A DNA stretch of 24,471 bases. It comes from Trueperaceae bacterium (GTDB lineage: Bacteria > Deinococcota > Deinococci > Deinococcales > Trueperaceae). The DNA is taken from contig JBBDRK010000036.1 of the NCBI GenBank assembly GCA_040905465.1, positions 1 to 24,471 on the forward strand. Reading direction: 5' to 3'. The notes below the pieces were generated by a model that saw nothing but the letters and a program-made list of their open reading frames with translations, made no database searches and was not told where the DNA came from. Made by a program: the position numbers and the translations under genes. Shown piece after piece: positions 7,066 through 15,305 of this stretch; the first letter of the stretch is position 1, and every line of letters begins with the position of its first letter.

Positions 7066-9160
7066 TCGCCTCCGGTCCCTCCCAAGGCGCCGCCGGCAGC
7101 GTGGCCGGCGACTGCGTAGCTTCGAGCTCGTCCAATGGAATGTGGCAGTAGATTCGCTTGCCCTCGCTGGTCTCCCGCCAGGGTGGCTCCTCGGAGACGC
7201 AGATGTCTCCCAGGAACCGGGGGCAGCGAGTGTGGAAGGGGCAGCCGCCGGGCCGGTCGACCGGGCTGGGCAGCTCACCGTCGAGGCGGATCCTGTCCTG
7301 CTTCGCCTGCGGGTCGAGCAGAGGCAGGGCCGACAGGAGAGCCTCGGTGTACGGATGGAAGGGCGGTTGCAACACGACGCTTGCCGGCGCGGTCTCCATC
7401 AGCTGGCCAAGGTAAACCACGGCGATGTCGTCGGCGAGGTAGGACACCACGGCCAAGTCGTGGGAGATGAACAGGTAGGCGGTCGCCCGCTCCTGCTGCA
7501 GTTGGCCCAGCAGGTTCAGGACGGCCGCTTGAACCGAGACGTCGAGCCCGGAAACCGACTCGTCGAACAGCAGCAGGTCGGGCGAGGCGGCGAACGCTCG
7601 GGCTATCGCGATACGTTGCTTCTCGCCACCGGAGAGCTCGTGCGGATAACGCTCCGCATAATCGGGGCTCAGCCGCACCGCCTGGAGCAGTTGGGCGAGG
7701 CGGGCATCGATCTCGGCCGGCGACACTCCCGCCAGGCGGGCCAACGGCCGGCGCAGGCTCCGGCCCACGGTCAGGTACGGGTTCAGCGCCTCGTCGGCGT
7801 TCTGGAACACCATCTGGAGTCGCCGCAGCACAGGCCGGTCCCGCGCGGAGAGTTGTCGCGCGAGGGGAACGTCGAGGAGGGTGACTTCGCCGGCCGAGGG
7901 CGGCGTCAGGCCGATTACACAGCGGGCTACCGTCGACTTGCCGCTTCCGCTCTCACCGACCAACCCCAGGGTGCGGAGGCGCCCGATGGCCAGGTCGACC
8001 CCCGCCACCGCGTGCACCTGGCGGCGTGACCGGCCAGCGAGCAGGTCGCCCAGGCTGCGCCGAAGGGGGTAGCGCTTCTCGAGGCCGGTAACGGTGAGGA
8101 CGTGCTCGTCGCGCGCAGACGCAGGCTGCTGCTCGGCCGGCGCCGCGGCAGTCCCCTGTTGCCGGGGGTTCAACCGGCCGTCGGCGATCTCTCGCCAACG
8201 GTGGCATCGAACGCGGCGCGAACCGCCGACTTCTTCCAGCGGAGGCCGCTGCTCGCGGGTGAGCTCGGTCGCCACCGGGCAACGCGGGGCGAACACGCAC
8301 CCGTCCGGCAACGAGTTCGCCTGGGGGATCTGACCGACGATCGGCCGCAACAGGTCATCCCTTCGGTTCTGGCCCAGCCGCGGCACGCTGTCGAGTAGGC
8401 CCCTGGTGTACGGGTGCAACGGCCGCTGGTAGATGTCGGAAACCGGCGCGTCCTCGACCAGTTCGCCGGCATAGAGCACCGCAACTCGGTCGCACAGCCT
8501 GGCGATCACGCCGAGGCTGTGCGAGACGTAGAGCACAGCGGTATCTCGCGCACGAACGAGGTCTCTCACCAGGTCGAGGATCGTCGCTTCGGTCGTGACG
8601 TCGAGGTTCGTCGTCGGCTCGTCAAGGATCAGCAACTCGGGGCTGCCTGCGAGCGCCGCGGCTATCATCACCCGCTGCTGCATCCCGCCGGAGAGCTGGT
8701 GGGGAAAGCTGCGAGCAACGCGCAGCCCGTCGGCCAGGCCGACGCTCGCCAGCAGCTCGAGCACCCGCTCTTCGCTGCGCGCGTCCCGCCGGTCGAACCC
8801 TTCCGCGATCTGCTGGCCGATTCTCAGGCGCGGGTTCAGCGACGCCAGGGGATCCTGCGGCACCAGCTTCACCGCCTCGCGCCAGGTCCGTCGGAGTTCG
8901 GGGTCGCTCATCGCCAGCAGGTTCACGCCGCCGAGCTCTATGCTGCCGCCGGTTATCCGGCCATCGGCTCCCAGGTAACGCATTGCCGCCAGCGCCAGGG
9001 TCGACTTGCCGCTCCCGCTCTCGCCGACAAGACCGTAGAACTGCCCCGTTTCTATGGTGAGGTCGATGTCGCGCAAGACGGTGCGCTGTCCGCTGCCGTT
9101 TCCGTAGGAGACGCTCAAGCCGGCGATCTTCAGGGCGGGCGCGGCCGTCACCTCAACCAC
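7058..9160 (-). CDS. Peptide/nickel ABC transporter ATP-binding protein with two fused NBDs (DppD-DppF fusion)
   Basis: It has two GLVGESGSGKST Walker A motifs, LSGGMQQR and LSGGEKQR signatures, and two HPYT plus Cys-rich oligopeptide-transporter C-terminal modules. Confidence 0.95.
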   Translation of the reverse strand: MVEVTAAPALKIAGLSVSYGNGSGQRTVLRDIDLTIETGQFYGLVGESGSGKSTLALAAMRYLGADGRITGGSIELGGVNLLAMSDPELRRTWREAVKLVPQDPLASLNPRLRIGQQIAEGFDRRDARSEERVLELLASVGLADGLRVARSFPHQLSGGMQQRVMIAAALAGSPELLILDEPTTNLDVTTEATILDLVRDLVRARDTAVLYVSHSLGVIARLCDRVAVLYAGELVEDAPVSDIYQRPLHPYTRGLLDSVPRLGQNRRDDLLRPIVGQIPQANSLPDGCVFAPRCPVATELTREQRPPLEEVGGSRRVRCHRWREIADGRLNPRQQGTAAAPAEQQPASARDEHVLTVTGLEKRYPLRRSLGDLLAGRSRRQVHAVAGVDLAIGRLRTLGLVGESGSGKSTVARCVIGLTPPSAGEVTLLDVPLARQLSARDRPVLRRLQMVFQNADEALNPYLTVGRSLRRPLARLAGVSPAEIDARLAQLLQAVRLSPDYAERYPHELSGGEKQRIAIARAFAASPDLLLFDESVSGLDVSVQAAVLNLLGQLQQERATAYLFISHDLAVVSYLADDIAVVYLGQLMETAPASVVLQPPFHPYTEALLSALPLLDPQAKQDRIRLDGELPSPVDRPGGCPFHTRCPRFLGDICVSEEPPWRETSEGKRIYCHIPLDELEATQSPATLPAAPWEGPEAND

Positions 9161-10028
9161 CCTCCTGCAACACCGTCTTGAGCCCGTCCGCCATCAGGTT
9201 CACCGACACCACCAGCAGCGAGATCACGGCCGCCGGAAAGTACAGCGCCCAGGGCGTCAGGCCGACGAACGTGCGTGCTTCGCTAATCATCAGGCCCCAA
9301 TCGGGATTGGGAGGCTGGACGCCGGCACCGAGAAAGCCGAGCGAGGCCACCAGGAAGATCGCGTAGGAGAAGCGCAGGGCCGACTCCACTGCCAGGGCGG
9401 GAAGCACCGCCGGCAGGATCTCCCGGAAGAGGATATACCCCAGGCTCTCGCCCTGCATCCTGGCGGCCGCAACGTACTCTCTGGTCTTTACCGCAACCAC
9501 CACGCTGCGCACGACCCGGGCGACGATCGGCACGTAGGCGACGGCGATGACGATCAGGACGTTGGTTCGCGAGGGGCCGAAGGTGCCCAGCAACAACAGT
9601 GCGAACAGAAGGGCCGGCATCGCCAGTACGCTGTCGAACAGACGGAAGGCGATCTCCTCGACCAGTCCGCCCAGATAGGTGGCGAACAGGCCCACGACGG
9701 TGCCTACGAAGACCGCCAGCAAGGTCCCGAAGCCGGCCAGCATGAAAATGTCCCTGGTGCCCAGGACGACCCGGCTGAAGACGTCCCGACCCAAGTGGTC
9801 GCTGCCGAACGGGCGCTCCAGCGAGGGCGGGCGCCGCGCCTCGCTGAAGTCCTGCTCGTTCGCACCGTAAGGCGCCAGCAGCGGCCCTGCCAGCGCGACC
9901 AGCAGGAAGAGCAGGACCACGCTGGTACCGAAGGCGGCGCTTCTTCGTGAATAGAGGGTACGGAGAAAGCGCAACCTGCGGACGCCCCGCCCACGAGCGC
10001 CCCGGACCGAGGCGAGTGGCGCCGTCAT
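9153..10028 (-). CDS. Peptide/nickel ABC transporter permease (DppC/OppC type)
   Basis: It shows PFGSDHLGRDVFSR, EYVAAARMQGE and SLGFLGAGVQPPNPDWG. Confidence 0.94.
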   Translation of the reverse strand: MTAPLASVRGARGRGVRRLRFLRTLYSRRSAAFGTSVVLLFLLVALAGPLLAPYGANEQDFSEARRPPSLERPFGSDHLGRDVFSRVVLGTRDIFMLAGFGTLLAVFVGTVVGLFATYLGGLVEEIAFRLFDSVLAMPALLFALLLLGTFGPSRTNVLIVIAVAYVPIVARVVRSVVVAVKTREYVAAARMQGESLGYILFREILPAVLPALAVESALRFSYAIFLVASLGFLGAGVQPPNPDWGLMISEARTFVGLTPWALYFPAAVISLLVVSVNLMADGLKTVLQEGG

Positions 10029-10035
10029 GTGAAGC

Positions 10036-11598
10036 TCAGCGCGCCGTTATGGCTGCCAGATCGCTCCGCCCCGGGAAGGCCTTCAGTTGGAAGTTCGCGA
10101 AATCCTCTCCGATGGCCGCGAACTGCGGGAAGAAGTAAGGGATCATTATCGGACCGCGTTCAACCAGGATCCGCTGGATCTCCTGGTAAGCATCGACCCG
10201 CTCCTCCTCGTCGAGAGTGGAGCCGGCCAGGTGGATCAGGCGGTCGACCTCTTCGTCGCACCAGTGCGCCTCGTTCCATTCAGCATCGCAGGCCAGCATC
10301 ACCTCGAGGTAGAACTGCGGGACCGGTCGCGAACCCCAGCCGGTGATGCCGAGGTCGACCTCGAGCCAGCCGCCGTCGCCGTAGTAGACGCTCTCCGGCT
10401 GCACCACCACGTTCACGTCGACGCCCGCCCGTGACCACTGGTCCTTGAGCACCACCGCCAGTGTCGGCCGGTCGCCGGTGTCGGGAGTGTGCAGCTCGAG
10501 TTGGAGTCCGTCCCCGTAGCCTGCTTCGGCGAGCAGCTCGCGCGCTCGCTCGACATCCGGTTGCGGAAGTTCCAGGTCGGCGTCGTGATAACGCTCGTAG
10601 AGCGGGCCGATCGGGCTGTGCTTGCCAGGCGCGGCCAGGCCGAGCGTGACCGCTTCGATGATCGCCTCGGTGTTGGTGGCCAGCTTGAGAGCCTGCTGTA
10701 CGCGCGGATCGTTACCCGGCGGGCGGTCGGCGCGGAGGCGGATCAGGTCGAAGGCGTTTGTCGCCACCGAATGCGCCTCGATTCCCGGTTGGCCCTGCAG
10801 GGTCTGGAAGAGGGGCGTCGGCATGCGCAGCACCAGGTCGACCTGCCCGCCGCGAATGGCGTCGACCGCCGCGACCTGGTCCCGGAAGAAGATCAGCACC
10901 AACTGCTCGACCCCCGGCTTGCCGCTCATGAAATACTCGGGGTTGGCGGAGAGCGTCATGCGGGTACCGGTGCGGTAGTCCTCGACGCGAAATGGCCCGG
11001 TTCCGTTGAAATTGGCGCCGGCGTCTGTGGTGCCGGCCGAAAGTATCAGGGCATGATTGTCGCTGAGGTCGTACAGGAAGAATGGGTTCGGCTCGCTTAG
11101 GGTGAAGGTGACTTCGAACTCGCCCGACGCCTCGACAGCGCTGATGTTGGCGTAGAGGTCACTGGTCGGGAGATCGAGGTCAGGGTCCCGCAGGCGATCG
11201 AAAGTCCAGACCACGTCCTCAGCGGTCAGCGGCGTCCCGTCGTGAAAGGCGGCGTTGTCGACCAACTCGAAGGTGTAGCTGATCCCGTCCTCGGAAACAG
11301 TCCAGCCGGTTGCCAGCCGCGGTTGCACGTTGTTGTCGGCATCGATGTCGACCAGATAGTCGTAGATCGAGTTGAGAACGGCGATCTCGGAGTCGGCCGA
11401 GGCAAATGCGGGGTCGAGCTGCGCCGGCGGCTCCAGCGCCACTCGCAATGTGCCCTGCTGCGCCCACGCAAGCGAGGCGACGCAAAGAGAAACGACAGCC
11501 AGAACGACTGTCGGCATGGCTGCGCGGTGCAGGAACGTCATGCGGGAGGGGAGCGCCGGCGGGGCTTCCTGGCTGGCACGTGCATACGGCGTAGGCAT
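10036..11598 (-). CDS. Peptide/nickel ABC transporter substrate-binding protein (family 5)
   Basis: AGGAGG lies 7 nt before the ATG at 11598, and the signal peptide ends AWA-QQ. It shows the family 5 motif PRLATGWTVSEDGISYTFEL..FHDGTPLTAEDV, plus GTGPF and DPRVQQAL. Confidence 0.93.
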   Translation of the reverse strand: MPTPYARASQEAPPALPSRMTFLHRAAMPTVVLAVVSLCVASLAWAQQGTLRVALEPPAQLDPAFASADSEIAVLNSIYDYLVDIDADNNVQPRLATGWTVSEDGISYTFELVDNAAFHDGTPLTAEDVVWTFDRLRDPDLDLPTSDLYANISAVEASGEFEVTFTLSEPNPFFLYDLSDNHALILSAGTTDAGANFNGTGPFRVEDYRTGTRMTLSANPEYFMSGKPGVEQLVLIFFRDQVAAVDAIRGGQVDLVLRMPTPLFQTLQGQPGIEAHSVATNAFDLIRLRADRPPGNDPRVQQALKLATNTEAIIEAVTLGLAAPGKHSPIGPLYERYHDADLELPQPDVERARELLAEAGYGDGLQLELHTPDTGDRPTLAVVLKDQWSRAGVDVNVVVQPESVYYGDGGWLEVDLGITGWGSRPVPQFYLEVMLACDAEWNEAHWCDEEVDRLIHLAGSTLDEEERVDAYQEIQRILVERGPIMIPYFFPQFAAIGEDFANFQLKAFPGRSDLAAITAR

Positions 11599-11672
11599 TC
11601 CACTACCTCCTTGGGCTTCGCCAATCGAACATAACAGCCGTGCTCGAGGGTAGCAGTAAAGCGGGCGACGGG

Positions 11673-12347
11673 TCACCGATGGGCATACCCCATCTCGCCG
11701 GCTCGTACCGGTCGATGCAGCCAGTTCTCCGCCGGTGGCAGCGGACAGTCCCAGCGAGAGTCGTAGGCGCAGGATGGGTTATAGGCGTAGTTGAAGTCGA
11801 TGATCAGGCGGCCAGCCTCGGCGCCGAGGTCCACTCCCTTGATCGTATCGAGCAGGTAGCGGCCGCCCCCATATGTCTCGGTCCCGTTGCTCGCGTCGCG
11901 AAAGGGCAGGAACAGGCCGCCGCCGTAGCCACCCAACCAGAAGAGCGAGAGTTCCGCCGGCTGCCCTTGCAGGCTGAAGCGTACCTTGGCGACTCGCTCG
12001 AGCATCACCGGTCCGTCGTCCTGGAGTCGAACCTCGAAGGCCTCTGCCGTCACGTCGGTATCTACCGGCAGGCAAAAGCGCAGGCCGGGGTCGTAGGGGA
12101 AGTAGGAGAGCCCGGCGAACTCGCCGCGCTGGGCTCGGTTCAGCGGCGATTGCGGGTGGCTGGCGAAGAGTTCGTTGCGGCGCTGCCGGAAGCGCTCGTG
12201 GCTGGCTGTCGCGCCGGTTCCACCCCGGCGGACCTCCCCATAGAGCTCGCCGACCTGTCGCCGGTAATCGAGAAGGTCGGTGAAATTACTGGATTCGGAT
12301 CGATCGTCCACTTTCAACTCCCGTAACATACCGGGTCGCCGGCTCAT
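11673..12347 (-). CDS. DUF1684 family protein
   Basis: It shows HPQSPL, LFLPFRDASNGTETYGGGRYL and IDFNYAYNPSCAYDSRWDCPLPPAEN. An alternative start lies 6 codons downstream. Confidence 0.9.
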   Translation of the reverse strand: MSRRPGMLRELKVDDRSESSNFTDLLDYRRQVGELYGEVRRGGTGATASHERFRQRRNELFASHPQSPLNRAQRGEFAGLSYFPYDPGLRFCLPVDTDVTAEAFEVRLQDDGPVMLERVAKVRFSLQGQPAELSLFWLGGYGGGLFLPFRDASNGTETYGGGRYLLDTIKGVDLGAEAGRLIIDFNYAYNPSCAYDSRWDCPLPPAENWLHRPVRAGEMGYAHR

Positions 12348-12682
12348 TCAAATGGGCGTCCGACCACGCCCAGACTCGAGCCGTATGAGGGCCTGCCCGC
12401 CATGGACTCTACCCATGCCCGCACATGCCGGAGGCCGGTAAGGCCGAACCTGTCGCCGAAGCGGCTGAATCCCTGCACCCACGCGAAAACCGCGATGTCG
12501 GCGGCGCTCAGTTCGGCTGCCAGCCAACCTCCGCCCTCGGCCAACGCCACCTCGAGGTCCAGCAGGAGACCGATCCCCTGCTCGGTGAGGCGATCGACCT
12601 CGACTACGTCGGGACATTGACGTTGAGGTTCACGTCGATAGCGGCCTGCGCCCACTGACCCGGAGATTCGTGATGTGACCAT
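12344..12682 (-). pseudogene. Glutathione S-transferase C-terminal domain fragment (no N-terminal domain)
   Basis: LEVALAEGGGWLAAELSAADIAVFAWV...LRHVRAWVESMAGRPSY matches the GST C-terminal N-capping box and terminal helix. The ORF is only 112 aa and has no GSH-binding domain. Confidence 0.55.
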
Positions 12683-12742
12683 GTTAGGGGCTGAGCGGCT
12701 CTACTTCGCCGTCGGTGTCAGCACACCTTCAGGCTGCCGGCA

Positions 12743-12769
12743 GGTGCGACCCGCTGGGTCGCACCCTAC
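12743..12769 (-). repeat. GTAG-type REP-like palindrome (single copy in the window)
   Basis: The minus strand reads GTAG GGTGCGACCC AGC GGGTCGCACC: a GTAG tetranucleotide followed by a perfect 10-bp stem with a 3-nt loop, in intergenic DNA. Confidence 0.6.
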
Positions 12770-12887
12770 TCAGAAAGTTTCCGCCTTTACCCCCGTGGTG
12801 TCGCTGACAACGGGCATGGGAGGTTGCTAGTGCCCAACATCATGCTGCCCGGGCGCACCGAGCGGCCGAAACTCTGCGTGTACCGGC

Positions 12888-14144
12888 TTAGTCAGCAACT
12901 TCGCCGGTCGGCTTCGCCTCCAACAGCCGTGTGCTGATGAGAGTCGGCCCTTCCTCCAGGGTCCGGTGCACCGGGCAGCGATTGGCAATTTCGAGAAGGC
13001 GGGCACGTTGTGCGTCGTCGAGCGCGCCGAGCAGCTCGAGTTCCCGCTCGAACCTGTCCATCTTGCCGCCGAGCGTGGTGCCTTGCGAGTCTTCGGCGCT
13101 GTCTTCGGCGTGCACCTTGCTGTGCTTGACCCGTACTTGGGCAGCCAGCAGCGGCCACCCCTTGCGGTCGGCGTACATGCGCAGGGTCATGGTGGTGCAG
13201 GCGCCAAGCGCCGACGCCAGCAGATCGTAAGGGGTGGGGCCGGTCTCGGTACCGCCTAACGACGCAGGCTCGTCGGCCACGAGTCCGAATCCGTCGGCCA
13301 GAATCTCGGTACGCAGACCACGTTCTGTTCTGGCCATCACCCGATTATCGAGCGGGTCGCTCTTCCAATCCGCCTGATACGGACGCTCTAGATAACGGCG
13401 GGCCCAGGAGGCGATCAGGCTTCCGGCCAGATCGGCGTCGCCCGGATCGGAGAGCAAGTGGTCGGCCCGGTCGAGCGACACGAAACTCTTCGGGTGCTTG
13501 GCGGCGTCGAACAAACGACGCGCATTATCTATGCCGACCACCTCGTCGCTCGGCGAGTGGAGAAGGAGCAGGGGGCGGCGCAGTTCGGCCACGCTCTCGG
13601 AAAGGCGGGAGCGCCGCAAGTCTTCGAGGAACTCTCGCCTGACCGTGAACGGCCGTCCACCGATATCGACCAGCGCCTCGCCCTGCGTCTCGATGGCTGT
13701 GCGCGAGTCGATGATCAACCGTTCGACATGTTGCTGATCGGCAGGGGCTCCGACGGTGGCGACTGCCCGTACCGATGGCAGGTGAGGTGCGGCCGCCAGC
13801 ACGGCGGCTCCTCCCAGCGAATGTCCCACCAGCAGCGCGGGTGCCTGGTAGTGCTCCTCCAGATGACTCGCCGCCGCAACCACATCCTCGACATTCGAGG
13901 AGAAGCTCGTTTGGGCGAACTCCCCCTCACTCTCCCCGAGACCGGTGAAATCGAGGCGCAGCACCGCGAAGCCCGCCTGGGCCAGGGCCGACGAGAGCCG
14001 GCGCAGGCCACGCAGATCCTTGGAGCAGGTGAAGCAGTGCGCCAGCATGGCATAGGCGTCCGGCGCTCCGTCGACCGGCAGGTCCAGACGTGCCGCGAGA
14101 CGCTGACCGCGACCATTGTCGAATTCGATCCTTCGTGATGGCAT
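12888..14144 (-). CDS. Bifunctional alpha/beta-hydrolase / OsmC-family protein
   Basis: The hydrolase domain shows AHCFTCSKD, the GHSLGG nucleophile elbow and SLDRADHLL. The OsmC domain shows ADEP..GG.ETGPTPYDLLASALGACT and IANRCPVHRTL. A GGAGG SD precedes the start. Confidence 0.95.
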   Translation of the reverse strand: MPSRRIEFDNGRGQRLAARLDLPVDGAPDAYAMLAHCFTCSKDLRGLRRLSSALAQAGFAVLRLDFTGLGESEGEFAQTSFSSNVEDVVAAASHLEEHYQAPALLVGHSLGGAAVLAAAPHLPSVRAVATVGAPADQQHVERLIIDSRTAIETQGEALVDIGGRPFTVRREFLEDLRRSRLSESVAELRRPLLLLHSPSDEVVGIDNARRLFDAAKHPKSFVSLDRADHLLSDPGDADLAGSLIASWARRYLERPYQADWKSDPLDNRVMARTERGLRTEILADGFGLVADEPASLGGTETGPTPYDLLASALGACTTMTLRMYADRKGWPLLAAQVRVKHSKVHAEDSAEDSQGTTLGGKMDRFERELELLGALDDAQRARLLEIANRCPVHRTLEEGPTLISTRLLEAKPTGEVAD

Positions 14145-14292
14145 CTATCCTCCGGACGGCCGCCCAGCGGGCGTTCCATCGAGTAGCGCACTTGGGCGCG
14201 CCGACCCGTATGTAGGCCGGGACATCGCCGACGCGACCTCACTGCCCGTTCCGTCGGCAGGCTATCCGGCCGGCGTTGTGAGATTCGGTAAA

Positions 14293-15081
14293 TCAGGGTA
14301 CAGGACGCGGCGGCGGCGAGTGCGTGAGCAGTTCACGTTCGGGTGCCGGCAGCCGCATCCTCAAGCCCGGCACGTACAATCCTGGCCGCCACAACGGGGC
14401 GGAACGGGGAAGCCACGGTTCATCCAGAGCCAGTGTGCCGGAGACCAGGGCTAGCTGCGCGCGCGGCACACTCTGAATCTTCGCACGAATGAACGAACCG
14501 TCGGGAAACTCGGCAGGCCAGCTCCACCAGGGAGCCGGCCAGTCTACGACTTTGGCGAGTAAACGCCCGGACGCGAGCAGGCTCGCGCGCGCTTCACTTC
14601 TGGCTCGAACGAAAGTCGCCGCCGAGATCACCTTCTCCCGGTCGGCGAAGAATGTCATGTCCACCGGTCGTTTCGGCATACCGTAGCGATGTCCAAGACG
14701 CTGCGTGAGCCCTCCACTCGCATAGATGACCGGAACGAACAACCTCCGCGCCCGTAACAGTGCGACCACGTTGAGCTCGTTGTAGCCGAACCCCGACGTT
14801 TCGTCCAGGCACTGCCGCTGCCCCGCCGGACCGTGGCAGAGCATGCGAACTCGGCTGAACCAGAGAATCAGCGGGGTGGAGCCCGCGATGTCGAGAAACT
14901 GAACGCTTTGGAACGACCGGCTCAACTCAACCGTTGGGACGAACGTCGCCGCAAAGAGCATGTCGGCCTCGAGATCGAACGGAGGCCTGTAGCGTTCGAA
15001 GATGTCCCGGCCAGGCACCGTCTTCTCCAGCACGCCGGATATGAATACTCTGGCTCGCCGCAACGGCCGCACCTCGCTCAC
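14293..15081 (-). CDS. Acetoacetate-decarboxylase-fold-like protein of unknown function
   Basis: It shows YNELNV and LGHRYGMPK, resembling the ADC-superfamily YxE and GxxxxGxPK motifs. It starts with GTG and has a TAGCAT hexamer upstream. Confidence 0.55.
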   Translation of the reverse strand: MSEVRPLRRARVFISGVLEKTVPGRDIFERYRPPFDLEADMLFAATFVPTVELSRSFQSVQFLDIAGSTPLILWFSRVRMLCHGPAGQRQCLDETSGFGYNELNVVALLRARRLFVPVIYASGGLTQRLGHRYGMPKRPVDMTFFADREKVISAATFVRARSEARASLLASGRLLAKVVDWPAPWWSWPAEFPDGSFIRAKIQSVPRAQLALVSGTLALDEPWLPRSAPLWRPGLYVPGLRMRLPAPERELLTHSPPPRPVP

Positions 15082-15305
15082 AGGAATCGCCGCCTCGATT
15101 CGATGCTAGGACGCTGGCTTGGCACGAAATGTCGTGGCAGGCGAAATCGAGGGCAATGGAGTGGCGACGCGTCAACAAGTTGACCGATCTGGTCGCCGAT
15201 CAGGACGCATCTTGTAGCAAGCGGTCCAGGTCAGCTCTGGCGGGAGCGTCGTCTCGAACGCTCCGGCCAGCGCAGGCCGTCAAGAAGATTGGATGTGACA
15301 TCCGC

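Noticed and set aside
12785-12790. Lone CTTTAC hexamer as a fifth regulator box
   Set aside because: There is no second half-site at 11-bp spacing and no correctly oriented downstream gene.
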